Shown: positions 47,501 to 56,500 of the stretch, in pieces | Layout of the letters: the number at the start of each line of letters is the position of its first letter | Position numbering within the stretch: position 1 is the first letter of the stretch | Source: Leucoraja ocellata | Lineage: Eukaryota | Direction: 5' to 3' | Assembly (NCBI GenBank): GCA_036785375.1 | Contig: JAWMAR010000563.1 | Coordinates: forward strand, 1,054,001 to 1,118,000 | DNA: 64,000 bases | Program-made: the position numbers and the translations under genes | Notes under the pieces: model-generated | What the model saw: the letters and a program-made list of their open reading frames with translations, nothing else | Database searches by the model: none | Told to the model about the DNA's origin: nothing

Positions 47501-50500
47501 CTATACAAATAAACTTGCCTTGCCTTGCCGTGCCTGCAACTGTCAATTTGAGTTTTTCTGAGCATTCGGGTGTAGGTACCATCGAGAGACTTGGACAGTG
47601 CTGGAGTGAGAGTCCATGCCTCACACCCGTACAATAATATGGTATCTACAGTTGCACGGAAGGTCAAATATTCAGGCTGTAGTTCAGTGACAAGTAGAGT
47701 TCTGCAGGGACCTGTGCTGTGACCCTTGCTACTTGTGACATATAGAAATGACTTGGACCCTGGAGATCAGAAATTACCCAGTCTTAACAATAAATCAAAT
47801 AATGATTTTGTTTTTCTTTCAGAATATCACTATACTCAAGGTCAGTTTGGTTGTCAGGTGAACGATCACAGTCCCAATTTAGGGATATTGAAGTTGGCTT
47901 TTGACGGAAGATATGCATTTAGTTTCGACAAGGACAAACTAAAGTGGACGGTGCATGATCCAATAGCTGAACCCTTCAAAGAGAAATGGGACAAGAATGA
48001 AAAAATGAACCGTTATTTCAAGAGCTTGTTAGAACATGACTGTGTGGATTATTGGCGTACATACTATGCAATTGGAAAGACATACCTGACCAGAAAAGGT
48101 GAGTTCTGAAAAAGTGTTGTTTTGCGATGGTAAGCAATGAGTAAGATATCACTCTGAGGCAATGAGTAATATTATCTCTGACCCAATCATGACAGAATGA
48201 AAGGTAATTCGGCCCATTGAGTCGATGCTCATTTTCAATGAAATGTCGACAAACTGCTCCACAGCTCTCTCTCACACCTTGAACTCTGCTCCCTCGGATT
48301 CTCCTTTCATTCAGCTCCACTACGGATAATTTGCAATGTCCAACTAATTCACTGGCACGTCTTTGGTATATGGGATGAAACTGGAGCACATGGAGGAAGC
48401 CAACTGAGTCATAAGGTCACTAGTGATGGGTGCAGTATTAGAACATTCGGCCCATCAAGTCTACTTCGCCATTCAATCGTGGCTGATCTATCTCTCCCTC
48501 CTAACCCCATTCTCTTGCCTTCTCCCCATAACCCCTGACCTGCATACTAATCAAGAATCTTTCTATGCCTTAGAAATATCCATTGATAGACTATAAAGCC
48601 TTCTGTGGCAAATAATTCCACAGACTCACCACCCTCAAACAAAATTAATTCCTCATTAACTCCTTCCTCAAGGATTGTCCTTTAATATTGAGACTGTGAC
48701 GTCTAGTCGTAGACTCTCCCACCATTGGAAACATCCTCTCCACATCCACTCTATCCAAACCTTTTCACCATTTGGTATGATTCAATGAGGTCCACCCTTA
48801 TTCTTCTAAACTCCAGCGAGTACATGTCCACTACCATCAAATGCTCATCATATGTTAACCCACTCATTCCTGGGATCATTCTTGTACACCTCCTCTGGAC
48901 CCTCTCCAGGGCCAGCACATCCTTCCTCAGATATGGTGCCCACAATTGCTCACAATGCTCCAAATGTGGCTTGACCGGCACCTCAGCATTACATCCCTGT
49001 CTGACAGGGAGAAAGTGTCATTGATGTCTTTCATATTAGTTAACCATGGATTTACTTGACCACAGTTGACAGCCCCTAATGGGATTGCATGTCTATCACA
49101 CAGATCTATAGAGCACTGTGTTAAGCTTCGAAGGGCAACATTTACACGAGATGTGCGCATCAAGTGTATTTTTGCATAGTGTGCTTGATACTTAGAATGT
49201 GCAACCAGGAGTGGTGGTAGAGAGGGACATGATACTGGTGCTTAAGAAAGTTTTGGACAGGCTTGTGGATATGCAGCGAATACAATGATATGGACCACAT
49301 GCAGGCTGTGGAGATTAGTTTTGGTTTAGTTTAGAGATAGAGTATGGAAACAGGACCTTTGGGCCACTGAGTCTGCACTGACCAGCAATTGCCCATTCAC
49401 TATTTCCGTCCTACAAGCTAGGGACAATTTACAGAAGCCAATTAACCTGCATGTCTTTTGTATTTGGGAGGAAACCGGAGCCCCCAGAGAAAACCCACAG
49501 AGTGACAGAGAGAGAACGTACAAACTCCGTCCAGACAGCACTCTAGTCAGGATCGTACCCGGATCTATAATGCTGTTAGACATCCACTCTATCACTGTGC
49601 CAATGTGTTGCCTTAGTTTAACCTGGCTGAAAGTCCTGTTCTTGTGCTGTACTGGTCTATGTTCTATATATTCTCATTGGACCGGGCAGGGATACGTTTT
49701 TCCACTCCTCCAGCCTCCATATTGAGTACTTCATCCCAGTTTAAATCTGATTAAATTAGTCAATCCATTTCTCCCTCCCCTCCTGCTCTGCTCCCCATTC
49801 TATATTTTGAACTAGTCATTCCCTTTTCACTCCCTGGTCTGTCTACTATCCCCACTACTTTCCTCTACTTTCCTGTCTTGGTGCATGCAACATCTATCCA
49901 TTTACCTCTTCCCTTCCCACTGTCCATAGACCCAGGTAGTTCTTCAAAGAGAAACAGCGTGAAACACTTGCACTTCCATTCAAATCTACTGCACTTGGTT
50001 TTCATGATGTAATCTTCCACATTGCATCAATGAAACAAAGTGAGTGGCTGTTTTCTGGAGAACCTGCATTCAATCCATGGGAATTTCTAAAATTCCTAAT
50101 TCCTGCCACTTTAATTCTCAATTCGACCCCCACCATGATCCATCCATCTGTATCTCTTACACTATGATAACAAGGGTGAAAGTAACCTTGAGGAGCAACA
50201 AATCAGCTTCTGTCTGGACATGTTGCAGCCTTTCAAACTCAATTTCACATTCAACAAGTTGCATTCCCGGTCGATAAATGAACTGGTCATTTCAAGTGTT
50301 AAGTCAGAAAGAACAGATGCAAGAAGTATGAAGCAGGATCCCAAGCTGAAACATTACGTAACCATGTCTTCCAGATGCTGCCAAAGCCACTGAGTTACAC
50401 CTACATGATTTTTTGTGTTTTAAAAAAAAATTACAGTTAAGTTATCCACCTGCAAAATCACGACAGCCTGACATACATGAGTACTGCAGTATGTGCTGCA

Positions 50501-53500
50501 TTTTATATAACTGTTTTGTGCATGCAGAGATGCAGTGAAATGGTTTGGATGTAACAGCAGATACTGGACACCCCATCCCTTCTCTCCAGAGATGCTGCCC
50601 GTCCCGCTGTGTCACTTCAGCTTTTTGTGTCTATCTGCACTGAAATGGTTGTTCTGCATTCTCTCCAGTCAAGTCACACTGTACATAAGTACAATACATC
50701 CTCTTCTGGAACAGCTTGCAGAGATCCACCATATTCCAGGACTGTCTTGCAGCTTCCAAGTCTCTGAAAAGTCTGATTTTGCCCCAAGGAAATACCCAAT
50801 TTCTCATTTTCTCATGTTCAGGCCCAGCTAGTTTCTGCTGTGGGGTTCTACAAGGTTTCATCCTTGGCCCCATTCTCTTTTCCCTGTATATTCTCCCCTT
50901 AGGCCAAGTTATTCAAAGGCACGGCATTTCCTTCCATTGCTACGCAGACGATACACAACTCTATCTCCCCCTGAAGCCAAAAACCAATCAAATCTGCTTA
51001 ACCTTACCCGCTGCCTCGAGGATAAAAAGTGCTGGGTGGCCCAGAACTTCCTCCAACTAAATGAGAGTAAGTCTGAGGTCATCCTTCTCGGCCCCTCGGA
51101 CTAAATCAAAATGATAGTAGGTAGCCTTGGAAGCCTTACCCCACTACTCTAACCTCACGTCAAAAACCTTGGCGTGATATTTGACTCCGCATTGAAATTT
51201 GACAAACAAGTCAATGCCGTGGTAAAAGCTAGCTTATTCCAGCTTCGGACGATAGCTAAAATAAAACAATTCCTCCACTTTGATGACCTCGAAAAGATCA
51301 TCCACACATTTATCTCCTCCCGCCTAGATTACTGCAACTCTCTTTACACTGGCATCAGCCAATCTTCCCTGTCCCGCCTCCGAAAAAGGGACCACATCAC
51401 CCCGATCCTGGCCTCTCTCCACTGGCTCCCTGTGCGGTTCCGTATACATTTCAAGACCCTCCTCTATGTCTACAAAGCCCGCAATGGGCTTGCTCCCTCC
51501 TACATTAAAAGTCTTCTCGCCCACCACTCCACCTCCAGGTCCGTCAGATCGGCCGACTTGGGACTGCTGAATATACAATACAATACAACACAATACAATA
51601 CCGTTTATTTGTCATTTGAACCTCACATGAAGTTCAAATGAAATTTGGTTTCTGCAGCCATACAAGAAAAGAACCAAGGCACACACCAACACAATTTACA
51701 CAAAATCCGTCACAGTGAATCTCCTCCTCAATGTGATGGAAGGCAAAGTCTTGTCTCTCTCCTGCTCTCCATTCCTCTCCCAAAGTCAAAGCCTCCAGTG
51801 GGCGCTAGCAAGTCTGCAACCATTTAAAGCCACGTCGGGCGATGTAAGGCCCTGCCCTGGGTCTTGGCATAAGCTTAGGGGCGACCGCACCTTTGCGGTT
51901 GCAGCTCCTAGACTGTGGAACAGCATCCCCCTTCCCATCAGAACTGCCCCCTCCATCGACTCCTTTAAGTCAAGACTAAAATCTTATCTATACTCCCAAG
52001 CCTTTCCTGACGTCCACTGGGCGAGGGCTATATGTATATACTAAACTAAGTGGGACTCATTGGGTCCCAGCATCACACGGGAGGGCTGGTCACCCAATGC
52101 AATATTCCACCTCTCCACCAATTCCAATATTGCTCGCCAGTGTGTGGGGGGGGGGGGGGGAGGCAAGGGACTTCCTGTTGTGCTAGTATGGGTGTTGTGG
52201 GCTGAAGGTACTGGTTTCCAAAGGGCTAGTATGGACATTGTGGGCCGGATGGATTCTTGGGCTGGCAGCTCAGTCACTGAGGCCTGGCAGTACAGCTAGG
52301 GGACCCAGCAGGGGATGTGGGCGGCTTCAGTAGGGTGCAGGGGAGGGCGCATCCTATAGCCAGGCGGAGGGCAGCATCTTGAGGTGGGGGGTGTCAGTGG
52401 AGAGGGGGGGGGGGGGGGGAGGGGGCAGTGAGCGACTTACTCATGACCTCTGGACTCACTCACTGCCTTGGGATGAACTCATGGTCTTTGGACTGACTGA
52501 CTCTCACGGCTTGTGGACTGACTGATGCCCGACTTCTGGAGTCATGACTGACTTTTGTAAACTGAAAACTGTAACATCTACATTGAAGAAAAGCTTCTTC
52601 CTGACAGCCATCAAGCTATTGAACATAACAAATAAGCTCTGAACTATGAAAGACTATATTATCTGTGCTATTTGTTGATCACACGCACACACAGACTCAT
52701 TCACACACACACACACACAGACTCATTCACACACACATNNNNNNNNNNNNNNNNNNNNNNNNNNNNNNNNNNNNNNNNNNNNNNNNNNNNNNNNNNNNNN
52801 NNNNNNNNNNNNNNNNNNNNNNNNNNNNNNNNNNNNNNNNNNNNNNNNNNNNNNNNNNNNNNNNNNNNNNNNNNNNNNNNNNNNNNNNNNNNNNNNNNNN
52901 NNNNNNNNNNNNNNNNNNNNNNNNTCTCACACACACAGACTCATTCACACACACATTCACACACACACAGCCTCGTTCACACACGCATTAATACACACAA
53001 ACTCCAATTCTAAAATGACAAGTACATTCAGAACGTGTTGAATATACAGTGTGTAAAACAAATCTTTAAAGCCTGCTGTGGAGGCTGCTGCTGAAGCAAA
53101 ATCATGCTTTTAATAGCGTCAAACAAACACACTCACCATAGACAGAGCAGTAAATTAATGAATTATTTAACAGCACCTGCACTTGCCGCCATCTTAACGT
53201 CACACTCTCGCTGCTCGCCACGAAGCGGAAATTATGCACTAATCGCCAACATGCCGCTAACTGGAAATTATGCCATCTTGCAACCTAGCGAAAATCAAAG
53301 AATACGTGCCAATTTTGAAATTAAACACAGTTCTGATCTAATCTGATCTAACACAGTTCTGATCCGGTGGACTGGGACATCGGGAGCTCGCGGGTCTGGG
53401 AGGAGAGAGAGAGACCGCTTCCCGGAGCTCCCGCAACGCGACTTCTCCAGCCCGTGTCGCGGGGTTGGAACAACCCGGACCGGGATAGAACATCGCCCGG

Positions 53501-56500
53501 CGCGGCTTCATGGCCGTGGGACTCACCATCGCCCGTGGGGGTTCCAACCTTGGACTTTCAGACCGGGAGCGGGGCCGTAAATCGCCCCGCGCGGCCTAAA
53601 ATGGCCGTGGGACTCATCATCGCCCGCCTGGGGCTTGGACATCGGGAGAGACACGGAGAACAGGGGAGAGAAAAGACTTGCCTTCCATCACAGTGGCTTC
53701 ACTGTGATGGATGTTTGTGTGAATTTAATTATGTGTATGTCTGTAAGACAGTGTCTTTGTTTGTATGGCTGTGGAAACAACATTTCGTTTGAGTCTCACT
53801 GGGGCTCAAATGATAATAAATTTGTATTGTAATACAATGTTTATTCACTTTATCCATCCGAAAACTGTTGTACGCAAGCCCTTTAAAAAGCCAAGCAATT
53901 GGGGGGAAAAAACACTGAGCAATCAGGCAAGCCGACAAAGACCACATCCACCCGCTGAAAAGCAATTTAAAAAATGCCAAGCAATTGTGGAAAAAAAACA
54001 CTGAGCAAGCAAGCAAGACGACAAAAACACATCCGTTCGCTGAAAAGTACATCGAGGGGACTCACCGTGTGGATGTGCTTCGCAGCTCAGAGAGCCGTGA
54101 CCCTCTCGCTTCCTATGTCTGGCAGAGACTGAGTGAGGCACGGCACTTCCAGGTTTTATAGTCCCTCCCCCCACGGAAAAAAAAACTGAGCAAACAGGCA
54201 AGCCAACAAAAAACTCATCCGTCGCTGAAAAGCAATTTAAAAAAATGCGAAGGAATTGGGGAAAAAAAACACTGAGCAAGCAAGCAAATCGACAAAAAAC
54301 ACATCCGTTCGCTGAAAAGCAATTTATAAAATGCCAAGCAATTGGTGAAAAAATACACTGAGCAAGCAAGCAAGCAACCCGACCAAAAACACATCCCCTC
54401 GCTGAAAAGTAATTTAAAAAAATCCAAGCAATTGGGGGCAAAAAAGACTGAGCAAGCAAGCAAGCCGACAAAAAACACATCCGTTCGCTGAAGAGCAATT
54501 TAAAAAATGCCAAGCAATTGGGGAAGAAAAGACTGAGCAAGCAAGCAAGCCGACAAATAACACATCCGTTGGCTGAAAAGCAATATAAAAAATGCCCAGC
54601 AATTAGGTAAAAAAAACACTGAGCAAGCAAGCAAGCCGCTAAAAACACATCCGTTTGCTGAAAAGCACATCGTGGGGACTCACCGTGGGGTAGATTCGCA
54701 GCTCAGAGAGCCGTGACCCTCTGCCACCCTGGGTCTGGCAGACACAGAGTGAGGTACGACACTTCCGGGTTTTATAGTCCCTCCACCTGCCGCCAGCAGG
54801 GGCAGCAGAGAGAATGGAGAATTTTGTAAAAACATTAATATCTCTCCCATTTTTAATCGATGGGAAAAATCCTCTGCTCCTAGAAGGCGAGGTGGCCATA
54901 AATGACGGGCGTAGGTTGCGGCGTTCTCTCAGAGAATCGCAGCACAGTGGGTCAAAAGCGGTCAAGATCAGACTTTTAGTAATATATAAGATGTATGTAG
55001 TTTGTTTGTTTATACTATTCTTATAACAAATGTGAAGCACTTTGGCCAACAAGAGTTGTTTTTATATGTGCTATATAAATAAATGTGATTTGACTTGACT
55101 TGACTTGAGTGTCATAACTGGATTGATGAAGTAGAGGAGCCTGCCTCAGTTTAAGTTTTTCTTTCAAGATTGCGATCAAACCCTCGTCACTGGAACTGTG
55201 CCGCAGTGCCACCCCATTACGTATCAGCCCCAATTATCTTTCAACATTCTGGAATCACTTGTTTTTTTTATCCTTTTTAGACTTTTTTCATGAATTGTTC
55301 AACATAAACAGTTATGCTACAACAGTTAAGCGCAGCTACCACTTAGTTCCAGAGACATAACAACACAAGAGATAGTGTTGGAAGAATGACCAAACTCACA
55401 CATAGTGGGTAGAATCCATAGTCTATTATTAGTAACTATGCAGAGAAACACAAGGTGCTTTCTTCTCAGTCTACCGGAGAGAGAGAGACGGAGAGAGAGA
55501 GAGAGCGCTCTAATAAGCATGTGGGCGGAACCACAGTATGAGTGACACTAATCTACAGATAGGCACAGGGTAAAGTGTAGATTTATTATTGTCACCTTTA
55601 GTTTAGAGGTACAGCATGGAAACAGGCCTTTTGGCCCACTGAATCTGTGCTGACTAAAGACCACCCAAACATTAGTTCTATCCTACACACTAGGGACAAT
55701 GAAGCCAAAAAATGTACAAACCTGGGCGTCTTTGAATGTGACGGAAGTGGAGCAGCCGGAGATAACTCACATGGTCACAGGTAGAATGTGTGAACTCCAT
55801 ATAGACAGCACCCATTGTCAAGATTGAACTTGGGTCTGTGGTACTGTAAGGCAGCAACTTTCCCGCTGCGCTACTGTGCTGCCCATGTACTGAGCTACAG
55901 TGTAACACTTTGTTTTGCATGCTATCCAATTGGATGAGATAACAACATACATATATATAATCAAGTCAAACTCCGGTACTGTAGGTAGAGCAAAAGGGAA
56001 GTTACAGAGTGCAGCATATAGTTCTCAGCAATGCAGCCCATTAGAGAAGGGTTTTGACATGAAACGTGACACATTCCTTCTCTCCAGAGATGCTGCCTGA
56101 CACGTTGAGTTACTCTAGCATGTTGTGTCTATCTGCGGTTTAAACCAGCATCTACAGTTACTTCCTACATAGTTCCATAAACAAAGTCCACTGTCTGCAA
56201 TGGGGTAGTGGTCAATTGGACAGAACCCTAGCTTATGGAATGATCATTCAGAAGCCTGATTTTCTCCTTGATTATCAAGTTTCCGAGTAAGCCATTTGGT
56301 CCTCAAACCTGCCCACCATTCAGTATGACCATGGCTGATGTTCCTCAGGCATCAACTCCTGTTCGGTGTCAGTTCCTCATTGAACTAAATTCTCAAATCT
56401 TTCAAAAGTTTAACTACTGCCACATTAAATACTTCCAATGATTTTGTCTTCACAAATCTCTGGGGTCGAGAGTGCCAGAGAATGACCACACTCTGCAAAA

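Larger units (their letters stand above)
52041..54991 (-). mobile_element. Non-autonomous Helitron with captured cargo
   Basis: Minus strand 5' TCTTATATATTACTAAAAG; 3' hairpin GGGACCCA..GAGTCCC + ACTTAGTTTAG. Inserted between A and T without TSD; empty site confirmed by the L2 copy at ~58.0 kb. Spans an assembly gap. Confidence 0.75.

Noticed and set aside
52665-53013. ORFs spanning the N run
   Set aside because: Created by the assembly gap and CA repeats.
53880-54667. CRISPR-like array and 241-aa Cys/Phe-rich ORF (53923-54648)
   Set aside because: Whole ~87-bp unit is repeated with no unique spacers, context is eukaryotic, and the ORF is a minisatellite translation.
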